In this document: piece after piece, positions 1 to 9,480 of the stretch
Layout: each line of letters begins with the position of its first letter
Position numbering within the stretch: position 1 is the first letter of the stretch
Translations under genes and position numbers: made by a program
From: Bacillota bacterium
Lineage (GTDB): Bacteria > Bacillota > Dethiobacteria > DTU022
NCBI GenBank assembly: GCA_051748565.1
Contig: JBNJHN010000004.1
Span: 1-62,183 of the forward strand
Direction: 5' to 3'
Length of the DNA stretch: 62,183 bases
Notes under the pieces: model-generated
The model's database searches: none
Seen by the model: only the letters and a program-made list of their open reading frames with translations
What the model was told of the DNA's origin: nothing

Positions 1-1146
1 ACAGCAGTAGGTACTTTCGGCGGCACACTAAAGGATATCAGTGCTGTAGAACTGGGCGCCACTGTAATTAAGGCAGCTTTAGAAAAGGTTGGTGTAAAAC
101 CGGATCAAATTGAGGAAGTTTTGATGGGTTGTGTCCTCCAGGCCGGCCTGGGACAAAACGTAGCCAGGCAGGCGGCATTGAAAGCCGGGCTGCCGGTCGA
201 AGTTCCGGCTACAACGATCAACATGGTATGCGGTTCAGGTTTAAAAAGCATTACTATGGCGGCGACAGCTGTCGCTGCCGGCGAGGCCGATATCATAATC
301 GCCGGCGGTACTGAGAATATGAGTGCTTCGCCTTATGCCCTGCAGGGGGCTCGCTGGGGACTGCGCATGGGTGACAGCAACATAATTGATATTATGATTA
401 AGGATGGCCTATGGTGTGCCTTTGATCATAATCACATGGGTATTACTGCCGAAAATATTGCAGAACGCTTTAATATTTCAAGAGAAATGCAGGATAGATT
501 TGCCCTGAAAAGCCAGGAAAAAGCTAATGCCGCAATAGAAAGCGGCCGTTTCAAAAACGAAATAGTCCCGGTATCAGTGCCTCAGAAGAGGGGAGATCCA
601 ATTCTTTTTGAAGTTGACGAGCATCCACGGGTCACCTCCCTGGAAAAACTGGCTGAACTCCGGCCGGCGTTCAAAAAAGACGGAACTGTAACAGCAGGTA
701 ATGCTTCCGGTATTAACGACAGTGCCGCCGCGGTAATTGTTATGTCCCTGGAGAAAGCTAAGACTCTGGGTTTGGAACCAATTGTTTATATACGCAGTTA
801 TGCTTCGGCAGGAGTTAACCCGGCGATAATGGGCACAGGACCGATTCCCGCCACTAAAAAAACCCTGGCTCGGGCAGGATGGTCGGTGGATGACCTTGAT
901 TTAATTGAGGCAAATGAAGCTTTTGCAGCACAGGCTTTAAGTGTGATCAAGGAACTTTCCCTGAATGAGGATATAGTCAATGTTAACGGAGGGGCGATTG
1001 CCCTTGGCCACCCAATAGGTGCAAGCGGGGCCAGAATCTTTGTGTCCCTGCTTTATGAAATGCAAAAAAAGAACGCAAAACGCGGCCTGGCTACTCTTTG
1101 TATCGGAGGAGGTCAGGGCATAGCCTGTGCAGTTGAACAGGAATAA
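1..1146 (+). CDS. acetyl-CoA C-acetyltransferase (thiolase), 5' end outside window
   Basis: Frame 1 is open from nt 1 ([12 protein letters not shown]...) and continuous with track ORF 121..1146. Thiolase hallmarks are present: [10 protein letters not shown] (acyl-Cys), [31 protein letters not shown], and C-terminal CIGGGQGIA. Confidence 0.93.
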   Translation, partial: TAVGTFGGTLKDISAVELGATVIKAALEKVGVKPDQIEEVLMGCVLQAGLGQNVARQAALKAGLPVEVPATTINMVCGSGLKSITMAATAVAAGEADIIIAGGTENMSASPYALQGARWGLRMGDSNIIDIMIKDGLWCAFDHNHMGITAENIAERFNISREMQDRFALKSQEKANAAIESGRFKNEIVPVSVPQKRGDPILFEVDEHPRVTSLEKLAELRPAFKKDGTVTAGNASGINDSAAAVIVMSLEKAKTLGLEPIVYIRSYASAGVNPAIMGTGPIPATKKTLARAGWSVDDLDLIEANEAFAAQALSVIKELSLNEDIVNVNGGAIALGHPIGASGARIFVSLLYEMQKKNAKRGLATLCIGGGQGIACAVEQE

Positions 1147-1167
1147 CTTAAAGGAGGTTTTACTGAA

Positions 1168-2100
1168 ATGGCAGTGGATATGAAGGGTAAGGATTTAATT
1201 TCCATCCACGATTTGAGTCGTGAAGAAGTTGATCAGATTTTGGATACCACTCATATATTGAAGATGAAACAAAAACTTGGTGAAATATACCACCCCCTAA
1301 AAGGGAAAACGCTTGGAATGATTTTTCAAAAGTCATCAACAAGAACAAGAGTATCATTTGAAGTAGGGATCTGGCAGCTTGGCGGCTATGCTCTTTTTTT
1401 GAGCGCTAACGATTTACAGCTAAACCGAGGTGAAACGATTGCCGATACAGCCAGAAACTTAAGCCGTTATCTCGACGGGATAATGATTCGCACTTATTCG
1501 CACCAGGATGTAGTTGATCTGGCAGAATACAGTACAATTCCGATCATAAACGGCCTGACTGATTTATTGCATCCCTGCCAGGTTCTCTCTGATTTGTTTT
1601 CAATAAAAGAAAAAAAACTTAACCTGGAAGGTTTAAAGCTTGCATATATTGGCGATGGCAACAATATGGCTCATTCAATAATGTTTGGTGGAGCAAAGAT
1701 GGGTATGCACGTTGTCATATGTTCTCCTTCGGGCTTCGAACCGGATCCTGAGATCACCAGGCTTTCAAGGCTGGATGCAACCAGGACGGGAGCATCGATA
1801 AACATCCTTGATAATCCTGTCGAAGCTGTCCGAACTGCAGATATCATCTATACAGATGTGTGGGCCAGTATGGGACAGGAAAGTGAACACGAGGAACGCT
1901 TAAAGAGTTTTTCCGAATACCAGGTTAACAGCACGCTAATGGAAAATGCCAAGGAGGATGTATTAGTTATGCACTGCCTGCCTGCACACAGAGGCGAAGA
2001 GATATCTGACGAAGTTATCGATGGACCACGTTCCATTGTTTTCGATCAGGCTGAAAATCGTCTGCATGTGCAGAAAGCGATTATGGCTCTGGTTATGTAA
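1168..2100 (+). CDS. argF: ornithine carbamoyltransferase (ATCase/OTCase family)
   Basis: 310 aa. It has the carbamoyl-phosphate motif SSTRTRVSFE, plus HPCQVLSD and HCLPAHRGEE. An AAAGGAGG RBS lies about 10 nt upstream of the ATG. Substrate (ornithine versus another amine) cannot be fixed by eye. Confidence 0.85.
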   Translation: MAVDMKGKDLISIHDLSREEVDQILDTTHILKMKQKLGEIYHPLKGKTLGMIFQKSSTRTRVSFEVGIWQLGGYALFLSANDLQLNRGETIADTARNLSRYLDGIMIRTYSHQDVVDLAEYSTIPIINGLTDLLHPCQVLSDLFSIKEKKLNLEGLKLAYIGDGNNMAHSIMFGGAKMGMHVVICSPSGFEPDPEITRLSRLDATRTGASINILDNPVEAVRTADIIYTDVWASMGQESEHEERLKSFSEYQVNSTLMENAKEDVLVMHCLPAHRGEEISDEVIDGPRSIVFDQAENRLHVQKAIMALVM

Positions 2101-2164
2101 AATTTAATAGAAGGCCACTGACAAACTTTCATCAGCTCAGAAGAAAGCGGGAGATTGTTTTAAA

Positions 2165-5100
2165 ATGGCAAATGAACAAGAAATTAAACCACTGATAAGC
2201 CTTGGTCTGGATATGGGTGTATTTTCGGCCAAGGGTGTCCTTATAAAAGGTGGCAAAGTTAAAAAAGTTCAATTCCCGACAGCAGGAAAGCCTGTTGAGG
2301 CAGCCCGGAAATGCATAGATAAACTGCTGGAGAATGAATCTGAAAGAATAATTAATCTCGGTATAATGGGCCAGAATGCCCGGCTTGTAGCCGAAAGCCT
2401 CGGAATTAACCCTGTTTTGGAAATTGAGGCTTTGCAGGCCGGTCTGGTGCAGCAGGATATTAAAACTGATTATGCTCTTTCCTTGGGTCATGAGAATATG
2501 CATTACCTGGAATTGGATCCTGAAAAGCAGATTACCTATTTTAGCCGCAACGGACAATGTGCTGCCGGAAGTGGATCTTTTTGGTACCAGCAGGCAACAA
2601 GGATGGGTTATAATGATCGGGAGCTTGCTTCAATCGCTGTAGAAGCAGAATCGGCGGTTCCAATATCGGGACGCTGTGCAGTTTTTGCCAAGTCCGACAT
2701 GACCCATGCCATTAATGAAGGAGCTACTCAAAGCGCAGTTTCAGCCGGGATGGCCCAAGCCCTCGTGGAAAATGTCTTTACCAGTGTCTCCCAAAACAGG
2801 ATCAAGGTACCCGGACGTCTGGTTGCAGTCGGAGGAGTAGCCAATAATCAGGCTGTCTTAAAGTACCTTAAGGAATATGCCGGGCGGAAAAAGATAACTG
2901 TTCAGGTTCCTGATAACCACGAATTTATTAACGCCATCGGAGCCGCTGTAAAAGGTACCCCTGTTGAATCTGAAAATATTCTTAACGATAAACTTGTTAC
3001 TCCGGCTTATCATCCCGAATATCCGCTGCCGTCACTTGATCCAAATCAGGTTTATTATATGAACAAAAAAATCGAACTCGGTGAATATGATCTTACACAA
3101 ATCTACCTGGGAGTAGATTGCGGTTCTGTATCTACCAAGTGTGTTTTAACAGACCGTTCCGGTCGGCAAATTGGCGGTGTTTACCTGCCGACAACCGGCC
3201 GCCCTGCCCTTCAGGTTCTCGAATTAATGAAGCAGGTAGAAAATCGCTTTGGGGAATTAATCGGTAATGCTCCGATTATTGCCTGCACAACCGGTTCAGG
3301 ACGTTTTCTATCCCAGAAGATCCTAAATGCAGATTATGCCGTTGATGAAATAACCTGCCAGGCTGAGGGTATCAAACACCTATTCCAGGATGAAGAGACT
3401 TTGTCTATTATTGAGATCGGTGGGGAAGATTCCAAGTTTATTCAGCTCCAAAACGGTATTCTTTTCGATTATAATATGAACCCGGTATGCGCTGCCGGGA
3501 CCGGTACTTTTTTGGAAAACCTGGCTGAGCTGCTTGGAATTAAGATCAAAGAAGAATTTTCTGAGATAGCATTTTCAGCCCAATATGCAGTCGATCTTGG
3601 CGATATATGCACATTGATTTCACAATCAATTCTTGCCTCAGCATCTGCCCGGGGATTACCACTTGAGGAACAGCTGGCCAGCCTCGCTTATTCTTCAGCC
3701 CAAAATTATTTAAGCAAAACAGTGGACAAAAGACCGCTTAACGGGAAGGTTATATTTGCCGGTGCAACCGCAAAAAACCATGCTCTGGCCTCCGCCCTGG
3801 CCGCTATATGCGAGAAGACTGTTTATGTGCCGCCTGAACCTGAATTAACAGGCGCCCTGGGCAGTGCTTTGATGGCCAGACAGTTTCATCAACTGGGGCG
3901 GGAAGGCGACTTTATTTTCAGAAGCCTTACCCATGTCCGCGATTTCACGAACAGTAAAAAAACGTGCCGGGCGGAATGTAAACACGAACATAACTGCATG
4001 TTAAACATAATCAGCTTTGCTGATGGGAAAAAATTTATTTATGGCGATCGCTGCGGGCGGTACTCAAACGTCGAAAAAAAGGAGGATCCTTATAAACTTC
4101 CTGATTACAGCGCCGTTCGAGCTGAATTAATGGAGCAGTCCGCAAACAAAGAAGTGGGCGACGGTCCCAGCGTTGGGATTGCGCGCAGTGGGCTCTACTT
4201 TGAATATTTTCCGCTCTGGTCGACTTTTTTTCATGAACTTGGGTGCAGAATTGTAGTTTCTGATCCGACAACTTCTGATACTCTGCAAAAAGGCAAAGTG
4301 ATGCTTGATTCCGAAATGTGTTATCCAATGAAGATAATTATTGGCCATTACCAGGAATTGAAAGAGCTTGATCCTGATTATATCTTTTTGCCTGAAGTTA
4401 TTGATATGGAAGTTCTGCCCTGGGCCGAAGAGTGGCCGCGCTCATTTGTCTGTCCACTTCTCCAGACTTTATGGGGTACTGTGGCAAACTCGATTGAGCT
4501 TGATTCTGAAAAAACACTTTATGCCAGACTTAACTACCGTTCCGGAGAAGCCGCTGTAAAAGAGCAGCTCAGGAAAGTAGCAAAAAAAGTCCTCGGGAGC
4601 AGTTTCAAGGAAAGATTGCTGGAAAGATCTCTACAGTCAGCATATCGAGCCCAGGAAAATTTCAGAAATAAAATGATCTCTGCAGCACAATCAATGTTTG
4701 AAGATCTTAAAAAGCATCCCGAACTGGCTGTGGTTGTTTTTCTAAGCCGCGGTTATACTCTATACGATGAATTTATGTCCAAAAAATCGATGCTTTATGC
4801 AAGGCAAAGCGGATTGATGGCTGTCCCACATGAGTATTTCATTTATTACCTGCAGGCCTGGTTCAAAGGAGAGATTGAGTCTCCATACCTGGATCCTTAT
4901 AAAACTGAATTCAAAGCGTACCTGCAGAAACAAGTCGCGGGACTGGAGAATATCTACCCCGCCCAGCTGCAGAGGATGCTTTCAGCTGTAATTCTGCTTA
5001 ACTTCCTGAACGACAAGACCAATGAAACAGGCTTGCCCCCGATGAACTTGATTTTTCTGGATCCCTTTAAATGTGGGCCAAATGCTATGATGCGCCATTA

Positions 5101-6508
5101 TTTAAGCGGAATGACCAGTTATCTGCGTCTAACGCTTGATGAACACACTGCCGCGGCAGGAATGATTACAAGGTTGGAAGCTTTCAGAAATACCTGCCTG
5201 TCAAACAGAGGGTATCGCAAGCCTGTTGAAAATTTTTCTAAGACACGCTCAATCAAGCAAAATAACTGGAATAAAATTCTTATTCCCAATGCGACAGACC
5301 ATGCCGATATTATTGCATCCGTTTTCAAACGTTTTGGGGTTGAAGCCGAAGTGCTTCCACGTGGTAACAGCGGTGATCTATCCCTGGCCCAGCGTTTTGT
5401 AAACGGAGAAGAGTGTCTTCCTTTTATACAAAACCTGCAGGATATTTTAAGCTATCTGCAGTCGAACGGCAATCCCGGCGACACCGGTACAGTTTTTTTC
5501 CAGGGCTGGGCCTGTGGTCCTTGCCGCTACGGTCTTTATGCTCCGATCCAGGCTCTCACCGTTGATCGGGCCGGATACGGCCAGGCTAGAATCTGTTCGA
5601 TTAAATATAGCGATATCAGCAAACGCTTCGGCTTCGGTTTTGTGATTGGACTTTTCAATGCTTTGGTGGCAATGGATATTCTTTATAAACTGCTTTACCG
5701 GGTCCGACCTTACGAACTGGAACCTGGAAGCGCAGAATCAATTTACAGTAAATACCGGCAGAAACTTTCAGCGTTGATAGAAACCTATGATTTTAAAATA
5801 TTTGACCTCTTAAACAGCAGCTACAGGAAACCATTTGAACAAATGGTAGAAGAAGCTTCAGCTGAATTTGCCCTTATCGCAATGTCTGACATCCGGAAAC
5901 CCCGTATTTTACTTAATGGAGAATTTTATGTGCGTATTGACGACCGCACCAACCAATCGGTTATCGAAAAAATTGAAAAAGCGGGCGGGGAGGTGAACCT
6001 TGCTCCGGCAACAGAGTTACTCCCCTATACGCTTTATATCGATTACCTTGAAGCAAAAGAGGCCTTTAAACTTCACCATCGACTATCCGACTATTTGAAA
6101 CAGGTTATGTACGCATTTACCCTGAAGCTGGCTCACCGCGATGAAGTCGCCCTTGAAAAAGCAGCCGGGAAGCTTCTGGAAGGTTTGGAAGAACCGCCAC
6201 CCGAGGAGATTATGGAAAGAGCATCAAGGTATGTTTCAAAACATTACGGCGGTGAACCGCCGATGACAATTGGACGGGCTGCTGCTTTAGCCGGACGGAA
6301 CAATGTAGACGGTGCCGTTTTCGTTGCGCCTTTCACCTGTATGCCCGGATCGGTTGTAGAAGCACAGCAAAGGCCGCTTCAGGAGGAACTCGGCATTCCG
6401 ATTGTTACTGTGTACTATGATGGCAAAGACAATTCCAGCCGTGATGAGCTGGTTGAAGGTCTCGTCTTCCAGGCAAAACAAAAATTAAAAGCAAAATTAC
6501 AGCAATAG
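2165..6508 (+). CDS. fused BadF/BcrA/HgdC-type double activase ATPase + 2-hydroxyacyl-CoA-dehydratase/DUF2229-like domains
   Basis: 1447 aa. It has two actin-fold activase repeats (LGLDMGVFSAKG..., LGVDCGSVSTKCVL..., each followed by AAGTG/AAGSG and GGxANN-type segments). The long C-terminal part resembles the 'CoA-substrate-specific enzyme activase-related' giants of Clostridia. Confidence 0.8.
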   Translation: MANEQEIKPLISLGLDMGVFSAKGVLIKGGKVKKVQFPTAGKPVEAARKCIDKLLENESERIINLGIMGQNARLVAESLGINPVLEIEALQAGLVQQDIKTDYALSLGHENMHYLELDPEKQITYFSRNGQCAAGSGSFWYQQATRMGYNDRELASIAVEAESAVPISGRCAVFAKSDMTHAINEGATQSAVSAGMAQALVENVFTSVSQNRIKVPGRLVAVGGVANNQAVLKYLKEYAGRKKITVQVPDNHEFINAIGAAVKGTPVESENILNDKLVTPAYHPEYPLPSLDPNQVYYMNKKIELGEYDLTQIYLGVDCGSVSTKCVLTDRSGRQIGGVYLPTTGRPALQVLELMKQVENRFGELIGNAPIIACTTGSGRFLSQKILNADYAVDEITCQAEGIKHLFQDEETLSIIEIGGEDSKFIQLQNGILFDYNMNPVCAAGTGTFLENLAELLGIKIKEEFSEIAFSAQYAVDLGDICTLISQSILASASARGLPLEEQLASLAYSSAQNYLSKTVDKRPLNGKVIFAGATAKNHALASALAAICEKTVYVPPEPELTGALGSALMARQFHQLGREGDFIFRSLTHVRDFTNSKKTCRAECKHEHNCMLNIISFADGKKFIYGDRCGRYSNVEKKEDPYKLPDYSAVRAELMEQSANKEVGDGPSVGIARSGLYFEYFPLWSTFFHELGCRIVVSDPTTSDTLQKGKVMLDSEMCYPMKIIIGHYQELKELDPDYIFLPEVIDMEVLPWAEEWPRSFVCPLLQTLWGTVANSIELDSEKTLYARLNYRSGEAAVKEQLRKVAKKVLGSSFKERLLERSLQSAYRAQENFRNKMISAAQSMFEDLKKHPELAVVVFLSRGYTLYDEFMSKKSMLYARQSGLMAVPHEYFIYYLQAWFKGEIESPYLDPYKTEFKAYLQKQVAGLENIYPAQLQRMLSAVILLNFLNDKTNETGLPPMNLIFLDPFKCGPNAMMRHYLSGMTSYLRLTLDEHTAAAGMITRLEAFRNTCLSNRGYRKPVENFSKTRSIKQNNWNKILIPNATDHADIIASVFKRFGVEAEVLPRGNSGDLSLAQRFVNGEECLPFIQNLQDILSYLQSNGNPGDTGTVFFQGWACGPCRYGLYAPIQALTVDRAGYGQARICSIKYSDISKRFGFGFVIGLFNALVAMDILYKLLYRVRPYELEPGSAESIYSKYRQKLSALIETYDFKIFDLLNSSYRKPFEQMVEEASAEFALIAMSDIRKPRILLNGEFYVRIDDRTNQSVIEKIEKAGGEVNLAPATELLPYTLYIDYLEAKEAFKLHHRLSDYLKQVMYAFTLKLAHRDEVALEKAAGKLLEGLEEPPPEEIMERASRYVSKHYGGEPPMTIGRAAALAGRNNVDGAVFVAPFTCMPGSVVEAQQRPLQEELGIPIVTVYYDGKDNSSRDELVEGLVFQAKQKLKAKLQQ

Positions 6509-6517
6509 CCGGTTTAT

Positions 6518-6868
6518 TTAATGCCGGCCAGAATAGGCAATTTTTACAACATCTGCGGCTTTTACAGTCCCGGGGCGGCTTTTACCGGTATTGATGAAGA
6601 TCAGGCCCGTTGTGGGATCAATGCGCAGTGGAACGCCTTTGCAGGTGTGGTATCCACTCTCATTCAAAACCGTAATGATCAATTGCTGCTGTTCTGCCAG
6701 GGCCTGTTCGAGTTCATACTGCAGCTGCTCCTGCTGCTGATCATCCAGATCGGGGCGACGGTGGTTTTCTGCCCACTTTTTTCTGAGGGCATAGTCGTTA
6801 AGCCCCGAACAGTGTTCAGGCAGCATCATCCTGCTGCAAAGAAATTGCTGGTTGATTTTTTTGCTCAA
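6518..6868 (-). CDS. YolD-like protein (accessory to Y-family polymerase)
   Basis: 116 aa. The MMLPEH and RPDLDDQQQEQL segments are typical of YolD-like proteins. It overlaps the upstream polymerase gene by 4 nt, as in the B. subtilis uvrX-yolD / yqjW-yqzH pairs. Confidence 0.7.
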   Translation of the reverse strand: MSKKINQQFLCSRMMLPEHCSGLNDYALRKKWAENHRRPDLDDQQQEQLQYELEQALAEQQQLIITVLNESGYHTCKGVPLRIDPTTGLIFINTGKSRPGTVKAADVVKIAYSGRH

Positions 6869-8097
6869 GAATCATGCCCTCCGATCTTTCCGGCACGTTG
6901 AAACAGCTGTGCTCCCGGCGTTAGCGAGGCAGCCCGGAAAAGGCTGGTTTTGCCGAAACGTTCCCGGACCATTTCGACTGCTGTTGCTAAAGATTCCTCC
7001 CGTTCATAACAGGCATTGAAAGATAACCGAAGCTGGCGGTAAACAGTCAGCCCGGTCAGGCTTACACCAACTGCCCGGATCGGTTTTCTATCCCAGTGTT
7101 TTCGGAACAGCTGAAGCAGAGTAGGGTAGATACCCGGTGCTGCTGCGCTTGGTTCCGGCAGTTTCTTTTGGCGGGAAAAGCCGGTTGGACAGTCAAAATC
7201 GGCCCCTTTACAGTAAAGGTGGACCGTAGATCCCAGTTTCCCCTGCCTGCGTGCCCGAGAACAAACTTCTTCGGTCATTTCCAGCAAAACCAGCTCAAGC
7301 TCGTGCTGTTTGCGGTAATCTCTGGGCAGGGTAGCCATATGGCCAACTCCTTTTTGCTCACTGACGGCAGCGGGATCAACAGAGGAGTTATCGATCCCGT
7401 GGGCGTTCAGCCAGAGAACTTCCCCGTTAACACCCCAGCGGCGCTGCAGCATTTCCCGGGGCAGCCCGGCCAGGTGACCGATGGTACGCACCCCGATACG
7501 GTGAAAATTACGCTCCATACGATGCCCGACCCCGAAAAGCGATTTTATTGGCAAATCCCAGGTGTGGAAGGCATAGTTATCGCTGTTTAACTCAAAAAAT
7601 GCGTTTCGGCTTTTTTTGGCAAAACAGTCACAGGCCATTTTCGCCTGGAGCAAATTTTCACCCATCCCGACCCGGCAGCGGATTCCGGTTTCTTCCCAGA
7701 CCCGGCTGATTAAAGTTGCCGCGGTTTCCTTCGGTGTACCAAATATTTTTTCCAGCCCGGTCAGGTCAAGAAATTGTTCATCGATTGAGTAAGGGAAAAC
7801 ACGGTCGGTGAACTGTTCAAATATCCGGGTTATGCGCATCGAGCAATCGATGTACGATTGCATCCGGGGATGGACAAAAACCACCCACGGACACATCCGT
7901 TTTGCTTCCCAGGCCGGCTGGCCGGTTTTGATGCCGAAGGCTTTCGCTTCGCGGCTGGCAGCAAGGATAATGCCGTGCCGCAGGGCCGGATCTCCGCAAA
8001 CAACGACCGGTTTGCCGCGCAGAGAGGGGTTGCGGGCTGTTTCAACACTGGCATAAAATGATTCCATATCTGCCAGGAAAATCACTTTCCTATCCAT
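6865..8097 (-). CDS. Y-family DNA polymerase (Pol IV/UmuC-like)
   Basis: 410 aa. The N-terminus FLADMESFYASVE...GKPVVVCGDP and the later SIDEQFLDLTG are the catalytic motifs of the ImpB/MucB/SamB family. Confidence 0.92.
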   Translation of the reverse strand: MDRKVIFLADMESFYASVETARNPSLRGKPVVVCGDPALRHGIILAASREAKAFGIKTGQPAWEAKRMCPWVVFVHPRMQSYIDCSMRITRIFEQFTDRVFPYSIDEQFLDLTGLEKIFGTPKETAATLISRVWEETGIRCRVGMGENLLQAKMACDCFAKKSRNAFFELNSDNYAFHTWDLPIKSLFGVGHRMERNFHRIGVRTIGHLAGLPREMLQRRWGVNGEVLWLNAHGIDNSSVDPAAVSEQKGVGHMATLPRDYRKQHELELVLLEMTEEVCSRARRQGKLGSTVHLYCKGADFDCPTGFSRQKKLPEPSAAAPGIYPTLLQLFRKHWDRKPIRAVGVSLTGLTVYRQLRLSFNACYEREESLATAVEMVRERFGKTSLFRAASLTPGAQLFQRAGKIGGHDS

Positions 8098-8119
8098 AAA
8101 ATGACGACCACCTGTTATG

Positions 8120-8133
8120 CGAACTTATGTTTG
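8120..8133 (-). promoter_or_regulatory. candidate LexA (Cheo) box in front of the polymerase operon
   Basis: CGAACTTATGTTTG compared with the Firmicute consensus CGAACATATGTTCG (GAAC-N4-GTT core intact). It sits between a minus-strand TATAAT (plus 8141-8146) and the start codon at 8097. Confidence 0.5.
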
Positions 8134-8240
8134 CATGCTTATTATACACCGTCGAAAAGGAAAATAAAAGGGGGTAATACAGAAGGATTTGTAAACTGTT
8201 CTGTAGAATGATTCCGAGCAGATAAAGGAGGAATAAGCAA

Positions 8241-9428
8241 ATGCAGAAACCGCTGTCAGGAATAAAGGTCATCGATTTGGGCCGGTTTATTGCAGGCCCC
8301 TACTGTACAATGAAACTGGGTGATATGGGAGCAGAGGTAATAAAGGTTGAAACTCCCGGCAGGGGAGACGATTCGAGGGCGCTGGGCCCTCCGTTTTTGG
8401 AAGGAGAAGCAGCCTACTACCTTTCTTTTAATCGGAACAAAAAAAGTATAACCCTTAACCTCCGGGAAGAAAAAGGTAAAGAAATATTACGTCGCCTGAT
8501 TGGCGAGGCCGATGTCTTAGTGGAAAATTTTCGTATCGGTGTAACCGAACAGATGGGTTTAACCTATGAAGATGTAAAGAAAATCAAAGAAGATATAATA
8601 TACTGTTCTATTACCGGTTACGGCCACAACAGCCCTTACCGGGAAAAACCAAGTTTTGACGTGATGATTCAGGGTGAAGCCGGATTAATGAGCGTTACCG
8701 GTTTTCCCGACGGACCTCCACAGCGGGTGGGAGTAGCCATCGCCGACATCCTGGGTGGCTTCCACGCTGTTGAAGGGATTTTGTTAGCCCTCCTGGTGCG
8801 CCATAAAACCGGAAGTGGGCAGTTTGTAGATGTTTCACTGATGGATTCGATTATCGCCATTCTAACCTACCAGGCCGGCAACTTTCTTGCAACCGGTGAT
8901 ATCCCGCAGCGTGTCGGCAACCGCCACCCGATGATTACCCCGTACGAAAGCTTTGAGACAAGCGATGGCTATGTAATATTTGCTGTCGGCAACCAGAGAC
9001 TCTGGGAAAACTTTATTCAGGTACTGGGCAGAGAAGATTTAAATGAAGATTCCCGCTTTGCCGATATGAAAGCCCGCAACCAGCATCCAGGGGAATTAAA
9101 AGAAATCCTGGAGCAGATAACCAGGGAGAAAAAAACTGACGAATGGGTGCAAATCATGGAGAATGCCGGGGTATCCTGCGGGCGTATCCGCACTATAGAC
9201 CAGGTTTTAACCGACCCGCATGTTGATGCCCGTGAAATGGTGATCGATATAGAACACCCGAAAGCCGGTATGATTAAGCTTACCGGTGTACCGGTCAAAC
9301 TATCGATGACACCCGGTGAAGTAACGGCAGCGCCGCCGACACTTGGTCAGCATACAGATCAGGTTTTGGAAGAGATTGGTTATTCCGGCAGCGATATAAG
9401 AGGTTTTCGCGAAAAGGGTGTCATATAG
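8241..9428 (+). CDS. family III CoA-transferase (CaiB/BaiF type)
   Basis: 395 aa. The N-terminus LSGIKVIDLGRFIAGPYCTMKLGDMGAEVIKVE is typical, as is the central GRGDDSR...NRNKKSITLNL. AAAGGAGG RBS. Confidence 0.9.
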   Translation: MQKPLSGIKVIDLGRFIAGPYCTMKLGDMGAEVIKVETPGRGDDSRALGPPFLEGEAAYYLSFNRNKKSITLNLREEKGKEILRRLIGEADVLVENFRIGVTEQMGLTYEDVKKIKEDIIYCSITGYGHNSPYREKPSFDVMIQGEAGLMSVTGFPDGPPQRVGVAIADILGGFHAVEGILLALLVRHKTGSGQFVDVSLMDSIIAILTYQAGNFLATGDIPQRVGNRHPMITPYESFETSDGYVIFAVGNQRLWENFIQVLGREDLNEDSRFADMKARNQHPGELKEILEQITREKKTDEWVQIMENAGVSCGRIRTIDQVLTDPHVDAREMVIDIEHPKAGMIKLTGVPVKLSMTPGEVTAAPPTLGQHTDQVLEEIGYSGSDIRGFREKGVI

Positions 9429-9480
9429 GGCATAAGATGCCTTTTGCTGTCTGAGTGTGCGTTAGGCTGAAGCCACTGAA

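Noticed and set aside
1168-2100. The idea that the OTCase-family gene is the catabolic partner of the purine island (oxamate- or putrescine-type carbamoyltransferase) rather than argF.
   Set aside because: It carries the standard ornithine-type motifs (HPCQ, HCLP) and lies 7 kb and several unrelated genes away from the island. Specificity cannot be resolved by eye, so it was left as argF-like.
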